NCBI RefSeq assembly: GCF_018350175.1
Contig: NC_058383.1
Span: forward strand, 15,440,001-15,504,000
Length of the DNA: 64,000 nucleotides
DNA from: Felis catus
Lineage: Eukaryota
Direction of reading: 5' to 3'
The notes beneath the pieces were generated by a model, which worked only from the letters and a program-made list of their open reading frames with translations, searched no databases and was not told the DNA's origin. Within the stretch, counting starts at the first letter, position 1; each line of letters opens with the position of its first letter. Positions 32,650 through 45,659 of the stretch are shown piece after piece. The translations under genes were made by a program, and so were the position numbers.

Positions 32650-35600
32650 ATTCAGCGCAGGTGGGCTGGCGGCTGGGCGGTGGCCTCTGGACAGTACACG
32701 GGACGCCGGGGCTGAGTCCATGCACCCTGGGAGTGGTGGGGAAAGGCCGCTTCGGGGGAAGGGGCGTCAGCTGCTTGGCCATGGCACTTTTTGTAATATC
32801 TCAGGTGCCACAGCGGCAACCCCTGGGCACAGATTGTCCCTGATCCCCTGAGTGACGCCTGGAAAGAGGAATGCCCTCCTAAGCAGTAGGCCTGGTTGGT
32901 GGAGGAGGGGCAACCACAGACCCGCCCAGGAAGCTGCCTCCGCTGGCGAAGGCATGGAACCCGAGACCACAGCCACTAGTCTAGCTGGGCATCACAGCAG
33001 CAGGAGCTTCCGTTTCAACCACTCGCCTGAGATCTGGAAGTGGAAAGGCAGATCGCTGCCAGTCAGCTAGAAAGATGTAGGCTTGGGGCAGAATCACCAA
33101 GTATGGCCAGCACCAGCTCAACTGAGATGTCCGTTCCTTGGAGAGTGACAGGTGTGCCAAATACTGGCGCAAACCAACCTAGAGTTCCTGGCGCTGTCCG
33201 CCACAACTATCTCATTAGGACAGAGCCAGAACATTCACCAGAACACTCCTCTCTCCGTGAAAGATCACTGGGTAACTCAAGTTCAACACAAATTCTGGCA
33301 GTGGATTCCAGGAAGCAGGGAGTTCCCGCAACAGCTAGAATTTGAGTAAGGCAGATAACAGCCCGCAGCCTTCATTCATAGGATCAACTGATAACCATTT
33401 GGTGAAGAATTCAAGAGCGGAAGGATGAACACTGGGTCAGGCCATGAGAAGAGTGAGTTCAGTTCCATCTAGAACGCAGCCTCCTTTCTATGTTATCAGT
33501 GCAGGTGGGTCTCCTCAAGTGGATCACTGAGAATTCTGGGCGGTGAATTTGGCTCTCCGGCTCCCAACTCCTGAACCCCAGTGCATATTCCTCCACCACA
33601 TTATCTGCGCAGCAGGTAGCCTCTCCATACTCTTCACAGAGTCACCTCTCCCAACAGCTGCAAGTCAGATTGGCTCAGTCACCTCCCAGCAGATCGCCAA
33701 TCCCAACGGCCCAACCCCTCAGTACTAAACCACCAGCCCAGTAGGGTCCCCACCGACCCTGATGGATGCACAGAATCAACTAGCTTCACCATCCCAAGGC
33801 TAGGCAGTGTCATCATCCCCCAAACACCCAGGGATGATCGCCATACCACGACACGTGGGACTTTCCTTCAAAGGACTGTTCACGACGTGGAACAATTTGG
33901 ACAGCAGCTGTATGAAATTTACAGAAAGATGGTTCCACCTCGGCCACACAGCTTGACAGACTTACGGAGCTCCTGTGATGGTCAGCACAGCCAGCCTGGG
34001 CAAGACCTTCATGCGGCTCTGTCTCCTGAGTTACACACCAATCCTATGCGTGGGGGGAGGGCCTCTTACAGCCCAGTGTACCGCAGCCCAAACCACAGAA
34101 CCATGGAGCTCCGAGGGTACCAGGCAGCGTCCTATCACACAGGCTCAGTAGGTGCCGGAAATCTGCAAAGCACATCCAGCCAACGACACGCCCTTACATG
34201 CGAAAAGAATAATTACGCTCTGAACACAACGGCAACCTACGCAGACCCCTACGGGCCAATACAATACCGAGGGCAAGAGGGCAACTGTAAGAGGCTTCAG
34301 CACCCAGCACCAGCTGATGAGGGCACCACGCGTACCCTATCAACAGACAGCATTCAGAAGGACCCCAGGGAGTTCCCCTGGTGTGATCCCGAGTTGCCCG
34401 AAGTCATTCGCGTGCCGCGGCACCAGATCCCCTCAGCCCAGGAGAGCCCACGGTCCACCTGCGGCACCTGCACTGCGGCGACAGCCACGTGAAAATGGAG
34501 GTGTGTAGGGTAGGGGGAATCGAGTATCTGGTTGACCTCTCGGACCACGGACTTGGGCAAGTTCAGCAGAACGCTTTCGGTGCCATCCGCAACCTTGTTT
34601 TGGCAAGTCTACAGATGAAAATAAAATGACAATGGAAGAATGTTGGTGGGGTGCCTGCCTTGCTCCGACTGTTGAGAATATCTGGCACAGAAGTGAGGGA
34701 GCTTGTTACAGGCACTCTCTGGAATGTGTCCTCACGTGAGGCTGTAAAGATGGCAATCATTCGAGATGCTCTCTGGACCTTAGCAAACCCTGTGACCATT
34801 CCACACTCTGACGGAGTAACTGGTCTTTGGATGATGATCACAAAATCAAATTCCAGATGTCGCTCGTTCTGTGTAACACGACAGGTTGCCTGAGGAACCT
34901 CAGCTCTGGAGAAGAGGAGGCGAGGACGTGAATGCGCTTCTGCGAAGGGGCCGGTGGACTCGCTTTGGTATGCAACCCCTACATCCGTGAACACATCCGA
35001 TTACAGCAGCCAGACTGTGGAGAACTGCGTGTGCACCCAGAGGAACCTGTCCTGTCGGCCGGCTGCTGGGGCTGAGTGGGCTGGATGACTTACTAGGAAA
35101 AGTCTCCCAGCAGGGATTCAGAGTCAAGTTGCTGGGGGAAGAAGAAGAAAAAGAAACAGAGAACACCACAAGAGGATCAATGGGATGGAGTCAGTCCTAT
35201 CCCAGGACTGTCAAAGCCCCCCCAAAGATGCCGTGGCATCCATCAGTGCTAAAACCATACCTGAACCTTCTAGCAGAAAGTTCCAGCCCAGCTGCCTTGG
35301 AAGGCTCTGCCAGGTCTCTCCAGAAACCATCTGCTGGAAATTGGGAGTTTGCAGCATACATCCGGGCAGACTTCCGCAAAGAAGAAGGGCTCTCCATCCT
35401 TATAGAACTTTTTGAGAATGGATACGGTAAAGTTGTATTTTCTCTGGCAACTTCCCAGAGGAACATGGCTCTGGATGTTCACAACAAGGAGCTCACTGGT
35501 AAATATGCCATGCGAGACCAGGTCAACAGGTTTCCCGGAAGGACTGGCCCCAGTGTGCTGTCTGATGAGACCACGGTGGCCATCTGCTGTGCTCTGCACA

Positions 35601-36990
35601 AGGTCACCGGCAAAAACATGAAGAATGCCAAAGCCCTGGCTGATTCAGGGAGGATAGAGAAGCTGACGAACATGACCAAGGGCAGAGGAGACAGATCATC
35701 TCCGAAAGTGATGAAGGCAGCAGCCCAGGTCTTGAATACATCATGGCAATTTCGGGACCTCCGGAGCATTTATAGAAAGGATGGGTGGAATCAGAACCAT
35801 TTTATTACACCTGTGTCTACATTAGGGCAAGGCCGATTCAAATCACATCCTTCCTCGAATACTACCAACCAACATTCAGGCAGCATCAACAGCTGTATTA
35901 TAGTCAAGACAACTCCAACAGAGAGAACTTTGATGCATACAGATTGTGTTTGCTGTCTCCTCATAGCCATAAAGATCCTTATCTTGGTGACTGAACTCAC
36001 TTCCCAGCTTTACTGATTATTCAACACAGTATGGGCTGAAATCGACCACAATTTATGTAGACTCTTAATCCACGAAACGACCTTCTTTTTCTTTTTTTTT
36101 TTTTAACATTTATTCATTTTTTGAATAAATGAGAGAGATAGAGCATGAGCAGGGGAGGGGCACAGAGAGAAAGGGAGATACAGGATCCAAAGCAGGCTCC
36201 AGGCTCTGAGCTGTCAGCACAGAGCCTGATGCAGGGCTTGAACTCACAAACCGCGAGATCATGACCTGAGCCGACATCAGAAGCCCAACCGACTGAGGCA
36301 CCCAGGTGCCCCAAAATGACCTTCTCATAAGCAGAACAGGACCCAGGGTCCCCAGACTCGTGGGCAGAGCATCGAGATGCTCAGTAGAGGAACTCTTTCT
36401 CTCTAACCTTGTTTGGATTGAGATGAAAAAGTCCATCTTGCTGATTTGCTAATGAAATGTGAACATGACATGGAAGGAATGAGTGAAGGGCATGATTTTT
36501 TTTTCTTTTTTGAATGGTTATCAGAGAAGTGAGAAGACCTTCAGGAGGGAGGACTTTCTAAGCTCTATTTAGGTGGATTGATTACTTGCAGACTCTGTAG
36601 TCTGGTGAATGTGTGGGTGATGTGATGAGAGGGTTGAGAAATGCGTAGAATGAGATGGGGATGTGCAGGTCAAATCCAAGATGATTCTTTAAACGTGAAT
36701 AGATTTATGTTCTACTGGTCTGTACAGGGGAAAAATGCTTTTTATTTATCATGTTTTGTTGCTATTACTAAACGTCAAGGTTGTATGCTATCATGCCCTG
36801 TGAATTTCTTTTGTTGGTATAAATATGGAAATACTACATTATTAATTGCCATCATTTGTAATACAGTGTGGCATTTGAAAAAGGATTTGAAGAAACTGAC
36901 AGCTTAAAAAACAAATGGGAACCCCAAGGAATTGTTAGCAATTAAAACCAAGCTATGACATCTTTTGTTTTCAAATGAATAGTGTAACTT
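32650..36990 (+). pseudogene. PKP4: Processed pseudogene of plakophilin-4 (p0071): GC-rich 5' UTR, disrupted CDS (32871-36369) and 3' UTR
   Basis: Intronless; fragments such as [85 protein letters not shown] and KAAAQVLNTSWQFRDLRSIYRKDGWNQNHFITPVSTL, ending PGSPDSW(A). Many frameshifts and stops; ATTAAA at 36941. Outer ends are approximate; no clear poly-A or TSD. Confidence 0.95.
36087..36312 (-). mobile_element. Can-SINE inserted in the 3' end of the PKP4 retrocopy CDS
   Basis: TSD aaacgaccttct (36075-36086) / aaatgaccttct (36314-36325). Confidence 0.93.
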
Positions 36991-38872
36991 TGAAACACAA
37001 AGTCCAGTATAGTATAGAAGTGCCAGGCCCACTCCCTGCCTCTGCCATTTTCTATGTACATGAAAGAAAAATGTGGAAAGTTCATCCTTGGGGGGGATGA
37101 AATTCATTCATCTTCCAGTGTGAAAAGAAGAATTTTAAAACTAGCATTTTGTCAAATGTTTTTTTCTTTTTTTTTTAAACTATTCATTCTTTTTTTTTTT
37201 TACATTTATTTATTTTTGAGACAGAGAGAGACAAAGCATGAACAGGGGAGGGTCAGAGAGAGAGGGAGACACAGAATCCGAAACAGGCTCCAGGCTCTGA
37301 GCTGTCAGCACAGAGCCCGACATGGGGCTCGAACTCACAGACCGCGAGATCATGACCTGAGCTGAAGTCGGCCGCTTTACCAGCTGAGCCACCCAGGTGC
37401 CCCTGTTTTTTTTTCTTTTTTAATGTGTATTTTTTTGGGTGGGGGGAGACAGCATTAGTGGGGGAGGGGCAGAGAGACAGGGAGACACAGAGTCTGAAGC
37501 AGGCTCCAGGTTCTGAGCTGTCAGCACAGAGCCCAACACAGGGCTCAAACTCACGAACCACGAAGTCATGACCTGAGTCACAGTCAGACGCACCACCCAG
37601 GCATCCCTCAGGTGATTAATAGTTACCAGAAGATGAAAGAAAGGGAGGGAGAGCTAAATGAGACGTTTTTAAATGTGCTAAATGTATCCCAAATCTTTTG
37701 ACAAACGAAGCTTTGAAAGCAAGAAAGGGAAATTTCATTCCCGTTTGTGGCAGAAGAGCATCCCACCAGGCTGCCACATGTGGTTGCACAGGTTGAGCAC
37801 TGAATAATTCCCAGAGTGGTGTCACATTACCTACTTTTGTCCTGCAGTGGCCCTGGCTACCAAGATAGCTCTTTATGACAACAGAAAATCTTTTCTTTTC
37901 TTTTTTAATGTAATTGATTTTCTTTAATGTTTGTTTAGTTTTGAGAAAGAGAGAGAGCAGGGAAGGGGCAGAGAGAGAGGGAGACAGAGGATCCAAAGTG
38001 GGCTCAGCGCTGACAGCAGAGAGCCCAATGTGGGGCTCAAATTCATGAACTGTGAGATCATGACCTGAGCCAAAGTCAGACACTTAACCAACAGAGCCAC
38101 CCAGGTGACCTTAGGCAAAGAGCCTTTTATCACAGTTTTCTAATACAATTTAAAAGCAGCATGTTTTAAAGAAGGGCTCCAATCTAAACAGCTAAATATA
38201 TGTGAAGAAATAATGAAAAAAGTGCATATGCTGCATTAAGAAGTTCATCCCATACAATAATGTGAGGCATTACGCTAGGGGCTTCGTTCAGGACTTTGGC
38301 TTTTCCAGTTAAGCAGTTCCCAAAGTGTGGCCTCCAGAACAGCAGAATTAGAATCTCTTGGGAACTTGTTAGATAAAAATGCACATTATTGAACTTCACT
38401 CCAAACCTAATGAATTAGAAACTCGAGGAGAGGGCACAGCAGTGTGTTTCAATAAACTTCCCAAGGGATCCTGATGCACAGTGAAGTCTGTAAATGAATA
38501 TTTTAAGCTAAGACCTAGAATTTGGATAGTTCAAAGCTGGGAGGAAGGTGCAGGAATGCCAAGAGACCAAACGCACATGAAGGAAAGACTTTTGTTCCGC
38601 AACAAATTTTCTGGAAATCTGATAACTTTGGAGGGAGGCTAAAGAAACTAAAAAGAAAGGATCAGACAGATTTGTTTTAAAGCATCATGGGAATAGAACA
38701 AGCCCAGAGTCTAGAATAAATTCAGATAAACGGGAATTTAAATCTTACCAGTTGCATGGACTTGGTATACAGCAGATGCCTTTTTTGTGTTTGTCGATCC
38801 CACGATCCTTCCACTGCTTGTGTCAAATCCATTGCTCAGTCTTTCTGGAGCCGGGGCACAGGGGCGCAAGGG

Positions 38873-39302
38873 TGCCTGGTTCCGGGGGGTCCCAAACAGA
38901 CCGGGCTCAGTCACTTGCAGAGAGAAAGGTGGCTATGAAACAAGAAAGGGGTTTATTTCAGTGAGCTTGACACCAGGAAGAGAGCGGACTCGAGTCTCAA
39001 ACACTGTCTCCAAAGTGCCGAAAATATCTCCAGGTCTCTACGAGGAAAATGTGGGACAAATGTCGGTGGGTACCCGCAGGTGGGCAGTGAAGGTCAGGTC
39101 GCTCATTGTCTTGGGCTCAGTCACAGGCAGGGTCTTGCTGGCTCAGGCCGGTATTTACTGCTTGGGCTGGTGGTTTCGGTGCCCATCAGGGGATGCTTTC
39201 CCTGCAGACCCTTTTGCCTGAGTTCAGACATAAGCTGGAAGAACTTAATCAGAAAGCTGGAGGCCAAAATGGAGGTGGTTGAAGTCGTCTTTCGCTTCCA
39301 CA
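38873..39302 (-). mobile_element. Probable ERV solo LTR (~430 bp)
   Basis: Minus strand starts TGTGGAAG, contains AATAAA (plus-strand tttatt near 38952) and ends CCAGGCA; TSD not clean. Confidence 0.55.
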
Positions 39303-39493
39303 CATGGAGAAACTCTAACAGCCATATGCGTGTGCCTGGCTGTGGGCCCTACTAAGATCCAGATGTCCCTGTAAAGCATTTAGAATCAGAACCAAGCAAC
39401 AATTGGATTCAGCAGGTGGCTGGCCCTGTCACTCATGACTTCAGGAGCAGTGGGACGGCCATTATTCTCCACAAGGATGAAGAAGCCAAGAGA

Positions 39494-39723
39494 GGGGCGC
39501 CTGGGTGGCGCAGTCGGTTAAGCGTCCGACTTCAGCCAGGTCACGATCTCGCGGTCCGTGAGTTCAAGCCCCGCGTCGGGCTCTGGGCTGATGGCTCGGA
39601 GCCTGGAGCCTGTTTCCGATTCTGTGTCTCCCTCTCTCTCTGCCCCTCCCCCGTTCATGCTCTGTCTCTCTCTGTCCCAAAAATAAATAAAAAACGTTGA
39701 AAAAAAAATTTAAAAAAAAAAAA
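39494..39723 (+). mobile_element. Young Can-SINE
   Basis: TSD aagaagccaagaga at 39480-39493 and 39724-39737. Confidence 0.95.
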
Positions 39724-40596
39724 AAGAAGCCAAGAGAAAGAAACCACTCGGCGGCCAGCGAGAAGGATGAATCCAGGGTGTGTTTGCTGGGCTCCCAGCT
39801 CTTTCCCGATTCAAGTTCAATACCTTCCTGACTCTAGAGGCAAGCCTGACTGTCAGTTCAGCAAAACATCCCTGGATCCTCCCTGCCCCTCCCTCTTCTT
39901 TCCTCCTTTGCAAAATTGAGCTCAAGTTGGTTTCTGTGACTCACAACCAGGAAGGCTTTGCTAAGACAGGTGAGCAATTTATCTAATCTCACTACCCCTC
40001 GGTGTCTATGTTTGTACAAGGAGGGCTCATGATACCTACCTCATAGATTGGTGATGGTCTAAGTGAGATAATATACATAAAACACTTAGAACAACGTCTA
40101 GAACACCATGGGCTCAATGAAGTTGCCCCTTCAAGTCTTTAGAATGAGCTCTGCTCGCCCTTCTCCTGGTCCAGGACGGAAGGACAAGGGTGGCTCCTGT
40201 GACTCTTACCTGGTCTCCACCCACTGCCCTGAAGCCGGGATATCCACAGATAACTTGTTCTTACAGGCAAGGAAATGAGGACAAGGCGCCTGTCAGCGAT
40301 TTCAATATCTGAAGATGTTACGTTTCCCAAATGCTTCTTTCCTTTTCTGTGATGAGTTTTCCCACGTCCTTTAGAACACACGTTTAAAATGACCAAGACA
40401 GAGCTTTTTCTTCCTCAGTTCACAACAAATCAATAGGGGCACCTGGGTGGCTCAGTCGGTTAAGCGTCCAACTGAGGCTCAGGTCATGATCTCAGGACTT
40501 GTGAGTTGGAGCCCCGCGTCGGGCTCTGTGCTGACAGCTCAGAGCCTGGAGCCCGCTTCGGATTCTGTCTCCCTCTCTGCCCCTCCCCCATTCACA

Positions 40597-40634
<38 letters not shown>

Positions 40635-40848
40635 AATAAATAAATATCAAACATTTTTCAAAACACATCAACGGACAGTGCCAGATGCTGAGGGCACAGT
40701 GAAAGACACACCCTTTGTCCTCAAGGAGCCTGAGGTAATAAGGAGGTACATCATCATATGGCAGTGGGATAGATGCAGATTTTACTTTACTGTGCTCAAG
40801 TCTGTCCCATTGACTCTCAAAAAACGCTGAGAAATCGGAGGTGCCTAC

Positions 40849-41248
40849 TTCTTTCTCCCTGTAGAAAATATTGTGGATGCTGCTCCATTCAAAAGATATA
40901 TTTGGAGGGGCGCCTGGGTGGCGCAGTCGGTTAGGCATCCGACTTCAGCCAGGTCACGATCTCGCGGTCCGTGAGTTCGAGCCCCGCGTCAGGCTCTGGG
41001 CTGATGGCTCAGAGCCTGGAGCCTGTTTCCGATTCTGTGTCTCCCTCTCTCTCTCTGCCCCTCCCCGTTCACGCTCTGTCTCTCTCTGTCCCAAAAATAA
41101 ATAAAAACGTTGAAAAAAAAATAAATTAAAAAAAAACAAAAGATATATTTGGAGAAAACAACAACAACAACAAACAACAACGGATGCTGTACATGTGAAT
41201 TCCATTTGTGTCCGCACCAAGTAAAAGATCTGTGTGGTTTGTATTTTC
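40849..41248 (-). pseudogene. NF2-like exon 8 relic, interrupted by a SINE
   Basis: gccag|ENTNHTDLLLGADTNGIHMYSI...FSPNIS[SINE]PNISFEWSSIHNIFYREKE|gtaggc vs NF2 [45 protein letters not shown]. Confidence 0.9.
40908..41136 (+). mobile_element. Young Can-SINE inside the NF2-like exon 8 relic
   Basis: Perfect duplication caaaagatatatttggag at 40890-40907 and 41137-41154. Confidence 0.96.
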
Positions 41249-42686
41249 CTGGCAGATGTTAAAATACAATTTACACTGAAATATGGCGGCAGAGGAAAAA
41301 AATATTAGGGAGATTTCTGATTTTACTTCCAGACAAAGAACAGAGATGGATTTTCTTTACATTTTCTTTATGCGCCTATTTCCCCAATAAAATACTAGAA
41401 TGGGAAAGAGAGTGGGAGCAGAGGCTGAGGTTTCTAGAATCATCCCTGCCCAGATCTGCCCCAGCACCCCTCAGAAGCTGCATAGCCGGAACAAAACGGG
41501 GTCTGAGGCACAGAGCCTGCCGATTGGCCCCCGGTTCCCTGGGGCTGCTGGGCCCACCTAATAGAGGCAGGGGTGCTGGGGCCTCAGCAGCGGGCTCAGG
41601 CCGGGGTGTCTCTGACCAGACTGGTCCCAGTTGAGTCCAAACATCAAAACTCTGAACAGCTTTAAAGAAAAATAAACAGTTCCCAAACGGAACTGTTCTG
41701 CAAGTTCAACTTGACTGACGTGTGCACTCATTAGTAACAAAAGCTTTGGGGTTTTCTTGAGAAACCTTGGCTCACACTCTCTCCATCAAACACTGCGCCC
41801 CGCTGTACCCGCAGTGCAAACCATCCTGATGATCAAGAACCATCTCTTCTACAAGGAAAGTAGCACCCGGCGCTGGGGCTGCAGCCCATCCACACCTCCG
41901 TCTGGACCCTCCACCGGGAGGGAGGTGAGTGTGCGGAGTGGACAGGGTCCTGGGGTCGGAAGTCAGGGGTTAACCGCCAGCCTTGTCATTTCCCTTCCTG
42001 TGGAAGATGCACAGAGCACATGGAGAATGACCTCCACTGAGCACAAACCATGTGGGAGGGACACGGTGCTGAGACACCTTCCATTCCCAGACCTTCAGTG
42101 AACCCACTGGACTAGTAAACACTAAGTGTCCCTGGAGAAGCCCCCCATGGTCCACACTTAAGACTTAACACACAGCTTTTTCATGATCAGTCCTCCTTCT
42201 CATCCCCAGCTTTAGAAAGTCTTGTGATGACCAGGGAAAGGAAACCAAATATCACAGAGGGACACAGACATCTCAGGCTTACATGAGAAAAAAAGGAAAA
42301 AGGATCCTAAAGAAGAAATCTGCTGCTCTGAGGGAACCACGTCTTCCCAGGGCAGGGAGCACACCGTGAGCCCAGACACTGGAGGGCAGAAAGCCCCACG
42401 CAGGCAGGCACTCAAGAAAGAAAAGGACCACGTTTTGATTTTGCACAGAAAGTAACCACCTCCCCCCGTTGACCAAAGCTTACCAAATATTCCTAGAAAA
42501 CAGCTTAGATCCTTAGACCTGGAAGCCAGACGGAAATGGTACTATCTTTTCCCCACGTAAGAATCCATAAATGCATTTCCTAAGTAGCCCCTCGAACCAC
42601 CCTGGAAGGAGGAAGTCAGGTGCCCATGGAAACTTCATGGCACCTCAACTCAGAAATGAGACCGAATTAAGAGGAAACACACTCCC

Positions 42687-42762
42687 AGTGAGCGGGGATT
42701 AAGAGACACCAGACATTTCCACGTTTTGTGCAATTTTCAGATAATTCTTCTTGGCTTCCTCC
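42687..42762 (-). pseudogene. NF2-like exon 7 relic
   Basis: gtacag|G EEAKKNYLKIAQNVEMSGVS*SPLT vs NF2 [25 protein letters not shown]. 76 nt; TAA at 42701-42699; donor gggagt (GT>GG). Confidence 0.9.
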
Positions 42763-44203
42763 CTGTACAACAAGTCATTTTGCTGGTCCAAAATGTCTAG
42801 GGTCTGTTCTCCATAGTTTTGTTTTAAAGCCATTATTTTGCCCTTAATAATATTCCTGGAATGAATTTTGATGCTGCGTGTTTTGTATTTTGTATTAGTT
42901 TCATAGGCATGGTATTTTTATGTCCACAAGGTTTGTGGGAATATTTTTATATTTTAGATACAGTGGATCATCTATGGAAAGGGGTGGATAGGAAGTAATG
43001 GCCACCATAGCCTCAGCCACGTCCTGTAAGTCTGTCTGCTTTTTACAGTATTTAATGACTTAAATACTTCTGTGAACAATCTCCCCAGCAGTCTCAGGGG
43101 TGTTTGTTTATCTCAGTGCTACACAAGAGGTAGGCACAGCTCTTTAAAGAGTTAATGAGCATCTTTATTTTTTAAAGAATTTTGTTTGTTTTGTTATTTT
43201 TTTTTATTTGGGAGAGAGAATCCTAAGTAGGCTCCACCCTCAGTGCGGAGCCCAATGTGGGACTCAGTCCCACAACCCTGGGATCATGATCTGAGCCAAA
43301 ATCAAGAGTTGGACGCTCAACCGAGTCACCCAGATGCCCCATGATTTTTTTTTTTAATTTTAAAGGAATCTCTACTTATGTAGGGCTCGAATTCAAAACC
43401 CTGAGATCAAGAGTCACACGCTCCACTGACTGAGCCAGCCAGGTGCCCCAAGAGCTAATGAACTTCTAATGTGTCCCTAAGAGTTTCCTGGTAGCAACAT
43501 TTGGTGGAAATGTCACAAAAGCTAGAAATTAATTTCATGGAAATGTCACAAAAGCTAGAAACTGGGTTCGATCACTTAATAGCATGAGGCCTCCAGAAAG
43601 TTCCTTAACTTCACTAAGCCAAGGTTTTATTGTTTAAAAAAAAAAAAGACAGGAGTTCTCCTGTTTAGACAAAAATCTCTATTGAAGACCTCTTTCGGAG
43701 CTGTTGTTACTTTGACGTAATTGTTATTATGAAAGCCCCACTTACCCTCTCAGAATCAGGCCCAGCACGGGATGGGCTTTCCAATAATCAGGAAATGACA
43801 GGGACCCTGCACCACTTTCTCAGGGCCCGCTCTGTGACAGGCACAGCACCGAGCACTTCGCATGTGCTGTCTCATTTAGCCCTCACGACCCTTCGAGGTG
43901 GTTTAATATCATCATTCCACTTTGCAAATGATACATTCAAGTTTTAGCTTGAGGGTAAGTTGCTGTAAGCCAACCACGTGGCTCATTGTCAGCATTCAAA
44001 CCAGACTCCAAAACTCAGCACTTCACCATGACCCATGTCACGGACTTGGTCCTGAAGCGTCAGAAGGGCCACGCACTCTGAAGTGGTGGCCCCTTGGTGT
44101 ACCGCACTCCCAAAATAGAGTGAAACCAACACTATGGTTCAGCGCTCCCCCACAGCACCCACCGGTGCCCATGACCTTCACTGACCCAGGTCTTCTCAAT
44201 CAC

Positions 44204-44286
44204 CTGACGAAGCCCCTGTGCTCTGGGCACAACACTGTTAGCTTCTCTCCCCACATGCCACTGGCCACCCGATACTGTCTCAGAAC
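44204..44286 (-). pseudogene. NF2-like exon 6 relic (open frame, splice sites intact)
   Basis: ttggcag|VLRQYRVASGMWGEKLTVLCPEHRGFV(R) AG|gtgatt vs NF2 [28 protein letters not shown]; 83 nt, phase 0 to phase 2. Confidence 0.87.
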
Positions 44287-45659
44287 CTGCCAAGAATGAG
44301 AACACAGTTTTCTTCTGAAAAGAGAATCAAAATCAAGTGACAATGCTGTCCTGGTGGTCCATGACTACTGGACCGTGATGGTGAGTATCATATGAGCTGA
44401 GCTCCGTGGGTACGGCCTTTGTCTCCCTTTACTCCTCTCCTAATGACAACTGACAGCCTAGCTTTGGGGCTCTCACAGCCTGGTTTTGAGTCTTTGCTCA
44501 CCTGCCTACTGGCTATGTGACATTGGACAACTTGCCCCAACTCTGTAAATTTTGGTTTCCTCATTTATAAAATGACGATGATGGGGGCGCCTCAGTGGCT
44601 GAGTCAGTTGAGCGTCCAACTCTTGATTTCAGCTCAGGTCATGATCCCAGGGTCATGGGATTGAGCCCCACATGGGGCTCCATTGCTGAGCATGGAGCCT
44701 GGTAAAGATTCTCTCTCTCTCTCTCTCTCTCTCTCTGCCCCTCTCCCCACTTGTGCACATGTTCCCTCTCCCTCTCTCTAAAATGAAAATAATTATAAAA
44801 TAAAATGATGATGGTGGTCATAATCTGTAGCACAGCAAGGCCATTCTGAGGATCACAATTTAAATGATGCATATAAACACTTTGCATAGTCCTGATGTAT
44901 AGGAAGCAATCAATGAACAGTGACTATTATGGTTCTTCTTCATTAATATGACTCTCATTTAGCCTGAATTTGAGAAATCTGAGAAAGAAGCACTTGTCCT
45001 CATAATACATATAGGCGTGATCCCTATTTATTTGGTGTGTCTGAGCCTGTATTTTGATTCAGTCCTATCAGACATCTTAGACATTAGACATTTACTAAGT
45101 GCCTAGCATGGTGAGGAGATTTTAAAAGGCATACGGGCCTTTCTCATAGATTCTGATACCTGAGGAAAGACAAGATTTACACCACATGAGGGGCGCCTTG
45201 GTGGCTCTGTCAGTTGAGCATCGACTTCAGCTCAGGTCATGATCTCATGGTTTGTGAGTTTGAGCCTCACGTCGGGCTCTGTGCTGACAGCTCAGAGCCT
45301 GGAGCCTGCTTCGGATTCTGTGTCTGCCTCTCTCTCTCAGCCCCTCCCCTGCTTGTGCTCTCCCTCTCTCTCAAAAATAAATAAATAAACATTAAAAAAG
45401 AAAAGATCTATACCACAAGAAAACATGTCTAAGAAAGAGAGGGTGTCCTACAACATATTTAAAAATACTAAACTGGACCAAACCTAAACCAAAACTCAGT
45501 GCAGAAAATAATAATGAGGGAAAACTTGATAGAACTTTGATACAGGCGGGAAGTGAGGAGGGATGTTGAGTTATAGCGCTGATCCCTTCCTTGCCATCAG
45601 GAACCACCTGCTGGGCCCAGAAGACCCACTCAACACAGGGCAGTCTCCAAGATACTCGC

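Noticed and set aside
35129..36016. 295-aa ORF (and the 201-aa ORF at 33887) as functional genes
   Set aside because: They are frameshift-bounded fragments of the PKP4 retrocopy.
37694..37771. Minus-strand NFPFLLSKLRLSK as a candidate NF2-like exon 9
   Set aside because: Position fits, but the first half does not match and there is no donor; exon 9 is left unlocated.
40210..40259. Exon-like minus-strand segment with pyrimidine tract, aag acceptor and CAG|gtaaga donor
   Set aside because: No recognisable protein similarity; such pseudo-exons are common.
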